32,837 nucleotides of DNA from positions 1-32,837 of IMG/VR virus record IMGVR_UViG_3300032212_000107; one strand, 5' to 3'. The notes under the pieces were generated by a model. It was given only the letters and a program-made list of their open reading frames with translations, was not told where the DNA came from and made no database searches. This document shows, one piece after another, positions 14,839-24,054 of the stretch; the stretch's first letter is position 1, and every line of letters starts with the position of its first letter. The stretch comes from a virus. Its lineage: Duplodnaviria > Caudoviricetes. Position numbers and translations under genes: made by a program.

Positions 14839-16230
14839 ATGCCGGTATCAGACACAAAGCCAGAATATAACAAGTTCTTACCTAGATGGTGTATGACCCG
14901 TGATAGTGTCGAAGGGTCGGCAGAGGTCAAGAAAGGAACAACTAAATACCTACCAAAGCCAAACCCAGAAGATAATTCAAGTGAAAACGATCAGCGTTAT
15001 TTAGACTATATTGAGCGCGCAAATTTTGTTGGCTTCACGTCGAGCACACTTGATGGCATGGTGGGAATGGTATTTAGAAAGCCGCTTGAAGTTGAGATTC
15101 AACAATCTATCGAATACCTACAGAATAATGTAAATGGCGGCGGGCTTACTCTTGATCAATTAGCCCGCAGTATTGTTGGTGAATTATTGCAAACGGCTAG
15201 ACAAGGTTTATTGGTTGACTATCCGCGTGCAGATGAAGGTCTAACAAAAGCACAGGTTCAGGCTTTGGGCTTAACCGCTAATATCTTAGATTACAATGCC
15301 GAATCAGTTTTAAACTGGCAGACCACAATGGTCGGCTCTGTCAAGATGCTGTCTTTAGTGGTATTAGCTGAAAAATCACAAGAGCTTTCAGATGACGGCT
15401 TTAGTTATATCGAAAAAGATCAGTACAGGGTATTGCGTTTATTAGATGGCGTTTATGTGCAAGAGATTTGGAATGACAAGAATGAAATTCAAGATGCTTT
15501 CGAGCCTCGCAAAGCTGACGGCTCTAAATGGTCTGAAATTCCTTTTATCTTTGCCGGTGCGCGTAACAATGATGAATGTATCGACAAAGCGCCCTTATAC
15601 GACATAGCGACTATAAATATCGCTCATTACCGTAACAGTGCCGACTATGAAGAAAGCTGTTATATGGTCGGGCAACCTACGCCCTTTATTTCTGGTCTTA
15701 CTCAAGGCTGGGTAGATGAAAACATGAAAAATGGCGTGATGCTTGGCTCTAGACGTGCCATGCTGCTACCTGATGGCGGTAACGCTGGATTATTACAAGC
15801 TAACCCCAATCAGATGCCAGAGAAGGGAATGGAGCTGAAAGAGCAGCAGATGATTAAAATAGGCGCTCGCATTATTCAGGACTCAGCCGGGCAAGAAACA
15901 GCCGAGGCAGCAAAAATACGCTTTGCCGGTCAAAACAGTAAACTAGGTGTTATTGTCGGCAATACAGAAGCGGCCTTGCTACAGTGTTTCGAGTGGTGCA
16001 TGTGGTTCATGGGTGGCGATGGTGAAAACTTGATCGAGATCAATAAGGATTTTTACGAGCGTTCGGCTGAACCTCAAATGGTCATGGCTTCTATTCAATT
16101 ACTTGATCGGGGCGTGATTGCTAAGTCAGACTTACAGGACGATTTAAGATCAAAGGGCGTGATTAAACAAGAGCGCACGAATGAAGATATAGACGACGAG
16201 GCAGAACAAATACAAATAGGCATTTTTTAA
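14839..16230 (+). CDS. Portal protein (DUF4055 family)
   Basis: YLP...RY..Y..RA.F...G.VF.K, IPF, PL..IA..NI.HYR.SADY, ETA..A; follows terL. Confidence 0.92.
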   Translation: MPVSDTKPEYNKFLPRWCMTRDSVEGSAEVKKGTTKYLPKPNPEDNSSENDQRYLDYIERANFVGFTSSTLDGMVGMVFRKPLEVEIQQSIEYLQNNVNGGGLTLDQLARSIVGELLQTARQGLLVDYPRADEGLTKAQVQALGLTANILDYNAESVLNWQTTMVGSVKMLSLVVLAEKSQELSDDGFSYIEKDQYRVLRLLDGVYVQEIWNDKNEIQDAFEPRKADGSKWSEIPFIFAGARNNDECIDKAPLYDIATINIAHYRNSADYEESCYMVGQPTPFISGLTQGWVDENMKNGVMLGSRRAMLLPDGGNAGLLQANPNQMPEKGMELKEQQMIKIGARIIQDSAGQETAEAAKIRFAGQNSKLGVIVGNTEAALLQCFEWCMWFMGGDGENLIEINKDFYERSAEPQMVMASIQLLDRGVIAKSDLQDDLRSKGVIKQERTNEDIDDEAEQIQIGIF

Positions 16231-16388
16231 TGAAGCATCACGTTACAAAAAACACAGCCAGAGAAAATAGGCGCATAAACAAGAAACTGTTTAAACGAAG
16301 AAAAAAAGACAGGGATAATGCGCGATTAAAAGAGTATGACCCAGAAAAGACCTATGAAATTCCAACTATAGGCGATTTGTTAAGGTGA
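16230..16388 (+). CDS. Small basic 52-aa protein between portal and minor head genes
   Basis: Manual translation MKHHVTKNTARENRRINKKLFKRRKKDRDN...; TAATG and GTGA overlaps at its ends. Confidence 0.55.
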   Translation: MKHHVTKNTARENRRINKKLFKRRKKDRDNARLKEYDPEKTYEIPTIGDLLR

Positions 16389-17416
16389 GTACTCAGCAAT
16401 ACCTAATCGACGCATCAACACGGCATCAAGTTTTTTTGCAGAGATACGGCGGCGGCGAGTCTAAGAAAGCGCTAACGTACCTAAACAATCTACGCCGTAA
16501 GATAAACGCCCGGTTATCACAAGAGCCTACCAACTTCCAAAGAAACAGGCTATCAGCCTTATTAGACGATATAAACAAAATCACTAATACTCTGATGACT
16601 GACATGGGCGCATCAATAAAGCATGGTGCAAGAAAGCTGGCAACGGCTGAAGCGGCATTTTCAACGACGTTATATAACAAAGCCTCGACCACTGATTTTA
16701 TCTTGCCCTCAGATGAGCAATTAATAACAGCGGTTAATGCTGCACCTATGGCTGCACCTGCTGGCATGAAAACTATCACCATTGAAGACGCTTTGCGTGA
16801 GTTCGGAAAAAAGAAAGCTGCACAAATAGCACAGACTATCAGTGACGGCGTAACACTTGGTCAAACCACGCCAGAGATTAGCCGCAATGTCGGCACAATG
16901 ATAAACACGCTACAAAGACGGCAGCTAGACGCATTAGTTCGCACAGTGACCAATCACACCAGCTCAGTGTCGAGATCGATGGTTTATGACGCTAATTCTG
17001 ATCTATTAGAGGGCTATCAATGGGTTGCGACCTTAGACGGGCGTACAACAATGATTTGCGGCTCAAGGGATGGCAAAGTGTTTCAGAAAGGCGGGCCAAT
17101 GCCCCCTGCTCACTGGAATTGTCGAAGCACCACGATTCCAAAGGTTAAAGATGAATTTAACATAGGCTCAAAGCTAAAAGGTGCTAGGCCATCAATCGGT
17201 GCTGATGGTGCAAAGACTGTTTCGGGTCGGATTACTTATGGCGGCTGGCTTAAAAAACAGCCTGTAGAATTTGTTGATGAGGCGCTAGGTGTTGAGCGTT
17301 CAATACTGTTCAGGTCTGGCAAACTATCCATAGACAAGTTCACCGACCCAACAGGCCGAGTTTATAACCTGCAACAGTTGCAAGATATGAACCCGTTTGC
17401 GTTTCAGGAGTTTTAA
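16385..17416 (+). CDS. Minor head/head morphogenesis protein (SPP1 gp7/Mu gpF family)
   Basis: WVATLDGRT..IC...DG...PPAHWNCRS motif. Confidence 0.92.
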   Translation: MSTQQYLIDASTRHQVFLQRYGGGESKKALTYLNNLRRKINARLSQEPTNFQRNRLSALLDDINKITNTLMTDMGASIKHGARKLATAEAAFSTTLYNKASTTDFILPSDEQLITAVNAAPMAAPAGMKTITIEDALREFGKKKAAQIAQTISDGVTLGQTTPEISRNVGTMINTLQRRQLDALVRTVTNHTSSVSRSMVYDANSDLLEGYQWVATLDGRTTMICGSRDGKVFQKGGPMPPAHWNCRSTTIPKVKDEFNIGSKLKGARPSIGADGAKTVSGRITYGGWLKKQPVEFVDEALGVERSILFRSGKLSIDKFTDPTGRVYNLQQLQDMNPFAFQEF

Positions 17417-17417
17417 T

Positions 17418-17518
17418 TGTTAGTAAGCTGTGCATAACCTGTTAGTAAGTTGTTTATATGTGTATAACTTTTGATTAGCTGTTGATAAGTGATATAATTA
17501 TCATAATCCTGTGGATTA
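17418..17518 (+). repeat. Array of co-oriented DnaA-box-like 9-mers
   Basis: TGTTAGTAA 17418, TGTGCATAA 17429, TGTTAGTAA 17440, TGTTTATAT 17451, TGTGTATAA 17459, TGTTGATAA 17480, TGTGGATTA 17510, against the consensus TGTGNATAA. Confidence 0.7.
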
Positions 17519-17541
17519 ACTTAAACGGTCTGTGACCAAGG
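17471..17541 (+). promoter_or_regulatory. Scaffold/capsid promoter and leader with two C(UGU)G hairpins
   Basis: TTGATT-N16-TATAAT with extended TGn (17490-17498); TAATCC-TGT-GGATTA at 17504-17518; GGTC-TGT-GACC at 17527-17537. Confidence 0.6.
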
Positions 17542-17548
17542 CAATAAA

Positions 17549-18193
17549 ATGTCAGAAGAAGAAAACAGCGAACAAGAGCCAAGTATTGAAGATTTACAGG
17601 CTCAATTAGCCGACGCAACAAGTCAAATGACGGCAATGAAAGCTAAAAATAATGAGCTTTTAACAGAAACGAAAAAGGCTAAAAGCGATAAACGTGAAGC
17701 GGAAGCAGCGGCAGAAGCGGAACGGATTAGATTAGCGACTGAGAAAGGCGACCATGAGCAGTTATATAAGTCTGCAAATGAAAAGCTAGTCAGTACGCAA
17801 TCAGAATTAGAAAACTTACAATTAAGCATTGCTGTTGAAAAAAAGAACACAGCGGCGCTTAAGATGGCTACAGAGCTGGCAGATGGTTCTAACGCTGAAT
17901 TACTAGGCGAGTTTATTGGTAGACGCTTAAAGTTTACTGATGACGGTCTAAAGGTCACAGATACAACAGGCGCTTTAACGGTGTCGAGTTTAGATGATCT
18001 TAAAAAAGAATTTGCCAATGACCCGCGCTATTCAGCGCTACTCAAAGGCAATCAATCGTCTGGGGGTGGTGCTTCCGGCGGGTCAAATGGCAGCGGTGCT
18101 GCAAAAGTAATGATGCGCTCTGAATTTGACGCGCTCGATCCCGTCGCTAAATCCAAATTTATGAAGGATGGCGGCACTCTTACAGATAATTGA
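17549..18193 (+). CDS. Capsid scaffolding protein
   Basis: Coiled-coil N-terminus (KNNELL.E.KK), SGGGASGG linker, short C-terminal helix; precedes the capsid gene. Confidence 0.85.
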   Translation: MSEEENSEQEPSIEDLQAQLADATSQMTAMKAKNNELLTETKKAKSDKREAEAAAEAERIRLATEKGDHEQLYKSANEKLVSTQSELENLQLSIAVEKKNTAALKMATELADGSNAELLGEFIGRRLKFTDDGLKVTDTTGALTVSSLDDLKKEFANDPRYSALLKGNQSSGGGASGGSNGSGAAKVMMRSEFDALDPVAKSKFMKDGGTLTDN

Positions 18194-18203
18194 GGAATTA
18201 GAA

Positions 18204-19346
18204 ATGGCTGAAAATACAATCACAGCAATCACGCCGGATATTTACGAGGCACTAGATGTTGTTTCTCGTGAGTTAACCGGGCTTATCCCAGCGGTCACAC
18301 TATCAGCATCGGCTGAACGTGCGGCAAAAGACCAGAATATTCAGGTAGACATCGCACCATCGGTTGCCGGTGTTGATATTACACCTGCAATGACTGCTCC
18401 CGATCCTACTGGATTAACTTCAAGTGCTACAACTATCCAAATCACTAAAGAGCGTGCATTTCCGTTCGGCTTTAATGGTAACGATAACAAAGCGCTCAAT
18501 ACTGGTGTTGGTTATCAGAATCATCGTGCAGGCAAAATCGCTCAGGCAATCCGCGCTTGTGTAAATGAAGTTGAGACTGACTTAGGCTCTATGTATTCGA
18601 CTTTCAGTCGTGCATACGGCACAGCAGGAACAGCCCCTTTCGGTACAGCTAATGACTATACAGATGCTTCTAACGTGCTTAAGATTCTTAAGGACAACGG
18701 CGGCAGTATTGATTCCCAGTTAGTTATCGACACCACAGCGGGCGCTAACTTTATCGGTAAGCAATCTGCTGTTAATGCGGCTGGTACTGATTCAATGTTA
18801 CGTCAAGGCGTTTTACTGGATTTAGCCGGTATGCCTTTGCGTGAATCAGCACAGATCAACCAAGCGGTTGCTGTTGGTGCGGGTGCGTCTTATGTAACTA
18901 ATCTGGGTGCGACCCTTGCTGTTGGTGACACTGTAATTGCTATCGATACTGGCTCAGGTACAGTTCTAGCTGGTGATGTGGTTACTTTCGCAGGTGATAG
19001 TAATAAGTACGTAGTGACTACAGGTACGGCGGCGGCTGGCAACATTACAATCGCTGCACCCGGCTTACGTGAGACTTTAGCTGATGGCGTTGCTTTGACT
19101 ATCGTTGCAGCATCAACGCGCAATATGTGCTTTGATCGTTCAGCGTTAATACTAGCGACTCGCGCACCAGCAATGCCGGAAGAAGGAGACCAAGCTGATG
19201 ATTCTATGATCATCACTGACCCGCGTTCAGGCTTGTCTCTTGAGTTCTCGATGTATAAAGGCTACAGAAAAGTGCGTTATGAAGTTGCACTGGCATGGGG
19301 TTATAAAAACATCAAACCAGAGCACACAGCGTTACTGCTGGGCTAA
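18204..19346 (+). CDS. Major capsid protein, P22 coat-like, with insertion (I) domain
   Basis: N..T...PDIY.ALDVVSREL.G.IP start, AGDVVTFAG I-domain, DP.SGLS...Y...WG...KPEH...LLG end; GAGGA RBS before ATG 18204. Confidence 0.93.
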   Translation: MAENTITAITPDIYEALDVVSRELTGLIPAVTLSASAERAAKDQNIQVDIAPSVAGVDITPAMTAPDPTGLTSSATTIQITKERAFPFGFNGNDNKALNTGVGYQNHRAGKIAQAIRACVNEVETDLGSMYSTFSRAYGTAGTAPFGTANDYTDASNVLKILKDNGGSIDSQLVIDTTAGANFIGKQSAVNAAGTDSMLRQGVLLDLAGMPLRESAQINQAVAVGAGASYVTNLGATLAVGDTVIAIDTGSGTVLAGDVVTFAGDSNKYVVTTGTAAAGNITIAAPGLRETLADGVALTIVAASTRNMCFDRSALILATRAPAMPEEGDQADDSMIITDPRSGLSLEFSMYKGYRKVRYEVALAWGYKNIKPEHTALLLG

Positions 19347-19352
19347 TGAATC

Positions 19353-19376
19353 GGGAGGGCTTCGGCTCTCCCTTTT
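19353..19376 (+). terminator. Rho-independent terminator after the capsid gene
   Basis: GGGAGGGC-TTCG-GCTCTCCC-TTTT. Confidence 0.8.
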
Positions 19377-19394
19377 CCTAACGGAGTTTAAAAA

Positions 19395-19532
19395 ATGCCT
19401 AGATGTGAAACACTAAAAGTTATTCGTAATGGTGATGAAGTCATCATTAATAAAGAAGATTTGCAGAAAAGCGACAAACTGGCTAGTGAAAAGCCGAAAC
19501 GCAAAACCAAAGCTAAAAAAGACGCTGAGTAA
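19395..19532 (+). CDS. Small capsid-adjacent protein (45 aa)
   Basis: MPRCETLKVIRNGDEVIINKEDL...; GGAG RBS; TAATG coupling to the next gene. Confidence 0.7.
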   Translation: MPRCETLKVIRNGDEVIINKEDLQKSDKLASEKPKRKTKAKKDAE

Positions 19533-20773
19533 TGGCTAAAACTGGCACTTTCCTGCAATACCCCGAAGATCAGGAAGGGGCTAGACCTAAACTATCAACA
19601 CGGCAGAATCCTTTTCCTGTTTTGTCTGGTGTTGGTGATTTGGTTGCAGATGCGTGGGGCGTTCAAAAGGTATCTTTTCCTGTTTCGTTATTCTCCAGTA
19701 AATTCACGTTTGATATCGATCCTGCCGCATGGTTCATGTATGAAAACGGGGTTCAGATTTATACCTCAACAAATATTACATCGACTAATTCCGCCGGTAA
19801 GCTAGTAACAGATGCGACAAATACAATCGTGCATCTTGAATCAAGAGAATGCCCACGTTATCAGGCAAATCGCGGTCATTTGTTTTCAACCGCGTTATGG
19901 TGTCCTAATAAAACCAGTGATGGTGTTAGAGGCTGGGGTATTGGGATACATAATCAGAATGAGGTTAATTTCGCCTTAAAATCTGATGGTCTTTTATATG
20001 CTCAATTAGAAAGCGGTGGGGTATCTAAGGTTGATACTGTTATAGATACTTCGGCTGTACCTAATTTTGATGTCGAGAAAGGCAATATTTACGACATACA
20101 GTTTCAATGGCGCGGGGTTGGTAATTATTTTTTCTATATCAATAATGTTTTAGTCCATACGATTGAAAATCTAGGTACATTGACCGCGCTCAGTATGGAA
20201 AACCCAGCATTGCCTGCGCATTTTCGATGCGAGAGAACGACTGAAAATGTAGAAATACATGTTGGCTGTGCCGATATAACCTCTGAGAACGGAACCAGAA
20301 ACGATAGAGAGACTTACGCATCAGCTTATGCAGAAGGTGTAAATGTTAGTTCAGATACCCCTGTTATTGTTGTTCACAATCCCTTGCAGATAAATTCACA
20401 AACCAATACGCGAACAATGACGTTGGCGCGAATATCCGTGAATTGCTCTAAGAAAGGTGTTTTCAAAGTATGGACATCTAGAAACGCCGCCGATATTACA
20501 GGCGAAACTCTGCAATCTATTGGTAATGGATCATATACTGAATGCGATTCTACTGATATGGATGCAACAGCGGTAAGAGCTACAGCGGTCACAGTGGCTA
20601 ATCTTAATTTTGTAACCTCAATACCTGTTGAGGCAACAACAGCTAGAGAAATCGACAACCCTTATCGGGATAGAATCGAGTTTCCTGTTGTTCGCGGGGA
20701 TTACATCATTGTGACATGTACAGCGGCATCAGCGGCGGCTGATTGTGTGGTCGAATGGGGAGAGCAGCGTTGA
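19532..20773 (+). CDS. Virion structural protein, probably beta-sandwich/lectin-like (head decoration or fibre candidate)
   Basis: DAWG..KVS.P..LF, YQ...G, IY.IQFQW.GVG, NP.LP motifs seen in aquatic phage structural proteins; lies between capsid and neck genes. Confidence 0.55.
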   Translation: MAKTGTFLQYPEDQEGARPKLSTRQNPFPVLSGVGDLVADAWGVQKVSFPVSLFSSKFTFDIDPAAWFMYENGVQIYTSTNITSTNSAGKLVTDATNTIVHLESRECPRYQANRGHLFSTALWCPNKTSDGVRGWGIGIHNQNEVNFALKSDGLLYAQLESGGVSKVDTVIDTSAVPNFDVEKGNIYDIQFQWRGVGNYFFYINNVLVHTIENLGTLTALSMENPALPAHFRCERTTENVEIHVGCADITSENGTRNDRETYASAYAEGVNVSSDTPVIVVHNPLQINSQTNTRTMTLARISVNCSKKGVFKVWTSRNAADITGETLQSIGNGSYTECDSTDMDATAVRATAVTVANLNFVTSIPVEATTAREIDNPYRDRIEFPVVRGDYIIVTCTAASAAADCVVEWGEQR

Positions 20774-20973
20774 TATTAACAAAGGTCATTAGTCACCATC
20801 AAGATACTGCTGTTTATATTAATCTTGATCAGGTAGTGAGCGTTTATATCCATGATGGCGTTGATTATCATGTCGAAATGGTAGACGGTTCAAGCATGCA
20901 TATAAAGCTTGATGATGTTACTATATCAACATTAATATCTGACGCAAATACGGCCTACACGCCACCAACATAG
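20770..20973 (+). CDS. Small FlbD-like protein
   Basis: VYINLDQVVSV...V.M.DG pattern; TTG start overlapping the upstream TGA, GGGGAG RBS. Confidence 0.5.
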   Translation: MILTKVISHHQDTAVYINLDQVVSVYIHDGVDYHVEMVDGSSMHIKLDDVTISTLISDANTAYTPPT

Positions 20974-20982
20974 GGCTAATAT

Positions 20983-21468
20983 ATGGCAACTGTCACAGTA
21001 GAAACCGGCACAGGTTCAGTTAGCTCAAACAGCTATATATCCGAGGCTGATTTTGAAACTTACGCTGCTGACCGTGATATTACATTGACCGGGACTAGCG
21101 CTGTGCTGCTTATCACGGCAATGGATTACATTGAGCAACAGCCCTTTAAGGGCCTTAAGGGTTCGGATGCTCAGGCGCTACAGTGGCCGCGTTATGGTGT
21201 ATCGGTGGACGGTTATTATGTTGACACTGACGAAATACCGCAGCTATTAAAAGACGCGCTTTGTGAGGTTGCAATCGGTGTTGATGCTGGAAACAATCCG
21301 CTATTAACAGAAGATCGAGCGACTAAGAAAGAGAAAGTAGGCGATATTGAAGTCGAGTACATGGACGGCGCTAGAAATTCAACTTATCTAAAAGCGGCTG
21401 AAAGCAAATTGCAGAAGCTATTGAAAGCAGGCGCTAACGGGTTTAGTGCGGTGGCGATTCGTGGCTAG
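20983..21468 (+). CDS. Head-tail adaptor (DnaT-like annotated family)
   Basis: VETG.G...NSY.S...A.DYIE...G...Q.LQWPR...IP..LK.A.CE.A...KVGDIEVEY. Confidence 0.88.
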   Translation: MATVTVETGTGSVSSNSYISEADFETYAADRDITLTGTSAVLLITAMDYIEQQPFKGLKGSDAQALQWPRYGVSVDGYYVDTDEIPQLLKDALCEVAIGVDAGNNPLLTEDRATKKEKVGDIEVEYMDGARNSTYLKAAESKLQKLLKAGANGFSAVAIRG

Positions 21469-21817
21469 TTTTTACGCTAATCTACAAGCAACAGCAGCAA
21501 GGCTTTTGACTAAGTACGGTCAGAGCCTAACCTTCACCCGTGAGGTAGAAACAGCCTTTAATCCAACGACAGGCGCTAAGACAAACGATTTATTTACGTT
21601 CACAGGTTATGGTGCAAGTTTTGATTATCAAGCGTCTGAGATTGACGGCGAGTTAATCCAATCGGGCGATATTCGGTTGACACTTGAGAAAACCAGCACA
21701 GTACCCGCGATCAATGACAGCGTGAGAGTAGATGATATTAATTATCGAGTTATGGATGTTAAAAAGAGTGCGCCCGGTGGCGTTGTTGTTAAATACGATT
21801 TGAATTTAAGAAAATGA
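21461..21817 (+). CDS. Head closure (stopper) protein
   Basis: FY..L...A.RLL.KYG...IDG..IQ.GD...P.G....Y...LR; GTG start at 21461. Confidence 0.8.
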   Translation: MASFYANLQATAARLLTKYGQSLTFTREVETAFNPTTGAKTNDLFTFTGYGASFDYQASEIDGELIQSGDIRLTLEKTSTVPAINDSVRVDDINYRVMDVKKSAPGGVVVKYDLNLRK

Positions 21818-22209
21818 GCTTTTCTAAAGACATTAAGAAGTGGACGGACAAAGCAGAGCGTGCGGCTGTTTATGTTTTCCGAGGTACGGCACTTGATATT
21901 TTTAGTAAGGTAATTTTAAGGACGCCTGTTGATACAGGTCGAGCGCGTGGTAATTGGCAATGCTCAATTAATAATCTTGCAAGCGGCGAGACCACAGGCA
22001 CAGGCCGTTCAGCATTAGGCCGAGCAAAGAACGCAACAGGTAAGGCAAAGATAACAGATAAGATTTATCTGATTAATAACTTGCCTTATATCAAAAAGCT
22101 TGAATACGGCTCGAGCCAGCAAGCACCTCGCGGCATGGTCAGAGTAACATTGTCAGAGTATGACCGGATAGTGCAAGCAAGGGCTTACCAAGCAAGGCTT
22201 AAAAAATGA
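21814..22209 (+). CDS. Tail completion/neck protein (HK97 gp10-like)
   Basis: TPVDTGRARGNW...NNLPY...LEYG.S.QAP.GMV. Confidence 0.9.
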   Translation: MSFSKDIKKWTDKAERAAVYVFRGTALDIFSKVILRTPVDTGRARGNWQCSINNLASGETTGTGRSALGRAKNATGKAKITDKIYLINNLPYIKKLEYGSSQQAPRGMVRVTLSEYDRIVQARAYQARLKK

Positions 22210-22745
22210 GTGTTTTTAAAAAATGCACAAAATGCGGCATAGATAAGCCTATAGATATGTTCCATAAGCAAGAGAAGGGCAAGTATGGCCGCAGAGGTTC
22301 ATGCAAGGCATGTTTTAGTGAGTATTCAAAAGAAAGGATGAAAAACCCTGTAATTAAAAAAAGATATGATGCCTTTAATGCGGAGTTTAGGAAAAACAAC
22401 CCAAATTATGGAAAGAAATGGCGAAATGAGAATGCAGAGCATTCAAAAGAATACCAGAAAAGATGGCTTGTAATGAATAGGCATATACATAACGCAAAAT
22501 GCGCAAAGCGCAGAGCAGCGCAATTGAATGCTACACCGAAATGGGCTAATCAAGAAAGCATCAAATCACTGTATTCTCTCGCTTCGTTTTTAAATATGGC
22601 GACATTTTCTAACGGGTATCATATTGACCACATAATACCGCTGCAAGGTAAAAATGTGTGCGGGCTGCATGTTGAAAATAATTTGAGTATTTTACGGGCT
22701 TTCGATAATAGATCAAAGGGGAATTCTTTTGTCGATTTTTCTTGA
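22206..22745 (+). CDS. HNH endonuclease with N-terminal zinc finger
   Basis: KKC.KC...C..C; ATPKW; HIDHIIPLQG..VCGLHV.NNL...N..K.N. Confidence 0.9.
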   Translation: MSVFKKCTKCGIDKPIDMFHKQEKGKYGRRGSCKACFSEYSKERMKNPVIKKRYDAFNAEFRKNNPNYGKKWRNENAEHSKEYQKRWLVMNRHIHNAKCAKRRAAQLNATPKWANQESIKSLYSLASFLNMATFSNGYHIDHIIPLQGKNVCGLHVENNLSILRAFDNRSKGNSFVDFS

Positions 22746-23145
22746 TATTACAGCGGCATTAGATGCGCGATTAAATACTATGGCAAGCCTGCCCCCTGTC
22801 GCATGGGAAAATACAGTCTATGAGCCTACGCTTAACACCTTGTATTTAAGGCCGACACACTTACCGGCTGATACGGTAGCGGGTACGATAGGCGACGCGG
22901 CAAGCACTGATTTAAGCACAGGTATTTATCAGGTTGACGTTTTCTCGCCTGCTGGTGACGGTAAGAATGAAGCTTATGTGATGGCTGATTTAATTGCAGA
23001 CCATCTAAAGCGCGATACCGATTTGACATATAACAGCCGTACTATACGAATTAAAAACGTGAGTCTTTCACCAGCTAATCAAGATAACGGCTGGTATCAG
23101 ATACCTGTAAATATTGAATATTATTCATTTACTACGGCGAGGTAG
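22729..23145 (+). CDS. Tail terminator (DUF4128-like)
   Basis: VAWEN..Y.P...YLR...G.YQVDVF.P.G.G...W..IPV.I.Y; TTG start. Confidence 0.85.
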   Translation: MSIFLDITAALDARLNTMASLPPVAWENTVYEPTLNTLYLRPTHLPADTVAGTIGDAASTDLSTGIYQVDVFSPAGDGKNEAYVMADLIADHLKRDTDLTYNSRTIRIKNVSLSPANQDNGWYQIPVNIEYYSFTTAR

Positions 23146-23147
23146 TT

Positions 23148-23291
23148 ATGAAATTAATTAAGATGGTTTCGCCTAACGGCAAAACACAGATTATGGCTAA
23201 CCCGATCAGGGTTGATCATTTGAAAGCAAACGGCTGGAAAGAACCAGCCAAAACTAAACCGGCGAAAGCTGAAACGAAAGGGGATAAATAA
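23148..23291 (+). CDS. Small 47-aa protein before the tail tube gene
   Basis: Manual translation MKLIKMVSPNGKTQIMANPIRVDHLKANGWKE...; GAGG RBS; TAATG coupling. Confidence 0.65.
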   Translation: MKLIKMVSPNGKTQIMANPIRVDHLKANGWKEPAKTKPAKAETKGDK

Positions 23292-23680
23292 TGGCTACTT
23301 TTTCAGGTAACGCCGGACAAGTTAAATTGACGACAAATCAGGTCGCGGAAGTGCTCGACTGGTCACTGTCAGAATCGGCTAATACTATCGACGATACGGT
23401 ATTGGGTGATACATCAATGACGCATTTAGCTGGCCTCAATTCATGGTCAGGCTCGATTAATTGTTACTGGGATGACACTGATACTAATGGTCAAGTAGCA
23501 ATGACAATCGGCGCTAGTGTAACGCTTAACCTGTTGCCAGAGGGTGGTGGCGTTGGTGCGGCTGAATATTCAGGTACAGCAACAATTGTTGGTATTGAAC
23601 GTGCGGTTGCTAATGATTCTATTGTGACGCAATCATTCACGTTTACAGGTAACGGTGATCTAACTATCGGCACTGTTTAA
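23291..23680 (+). CDS. Major tail tube protein (minimal, 129 aa)
   Basis: G..G.V...V..WSL...D.T.LGD...GL..WSGS...YSG.A...SF.F.G.G.L. Confidence 0.88.
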   Translation: MATFSGNAGQVKLTTNQVAEVLDWSLSESANTIDDTVLGDTSMTHLAGLNSWSGSINCYWDDTDTNGQVAMTIGASVTLNLLPEGGGVGAAEYSGTATIVGIERAVANDSIVTQSFTFTGNGDLTIGTV

Positions 23681-24054
23681 TGGATATAGCTGATTTTCAT
23701 ACAGCAGCGAGCCATCAGGAAGGTGCAGAAATGCGCGTCAGAAAACCTGACGGCTCTTATTCTGATTGTTATATTGCTTTAATCGGTATTGATTCCCCGC
23801 AATGGCGCGAGATTGTAAAAAATCGGTCTCGCTCTGATATGCGTAAGGTGATCAATAATGATGAAAAAACCGATGAAGATGAAAAGGCCGAGGATTTAGC
23901 AAAGGCGACCGTTAGCTGGCGAGGGTTTACGGACAACGGCGAGGACATAGATTTCAGTCTTGAAAAGGTTGAACAGCTATACAAAGCCGCGCCCTATATT
24001 GCCGATCAAGTGGATATGTTCATCGCTAATCGTGCAAATTTTATCAAAGGCTAA
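23680..24054 (+). CDS. Tail assembly chaperone (gpG-like)
   Basis: G.DS..W...LA.....W.G...LY...P.I..QV..FI..RANF; between tube and tape measure genes. Confidence 0.85.
   Translation: MDIADFHTAASHQEGAEMRVRKPDGSYSDCYIALIGIDSPQWREIVKNRSRSDMRKVINNDEKTDEDEKAEDLAKATVSWRGFTDNGEDIDFSLEKVEQLYKAAPYIADQVDMFIANRANFIKG
24036..24042 (+). other. -1 programmed ribosomal frameshift site (G to GT)
   Basis: A AAT TTT heptamer in X XXY YYZ phase; the -1 frame is open from 24030 to 24371. Confidence 0.8.
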
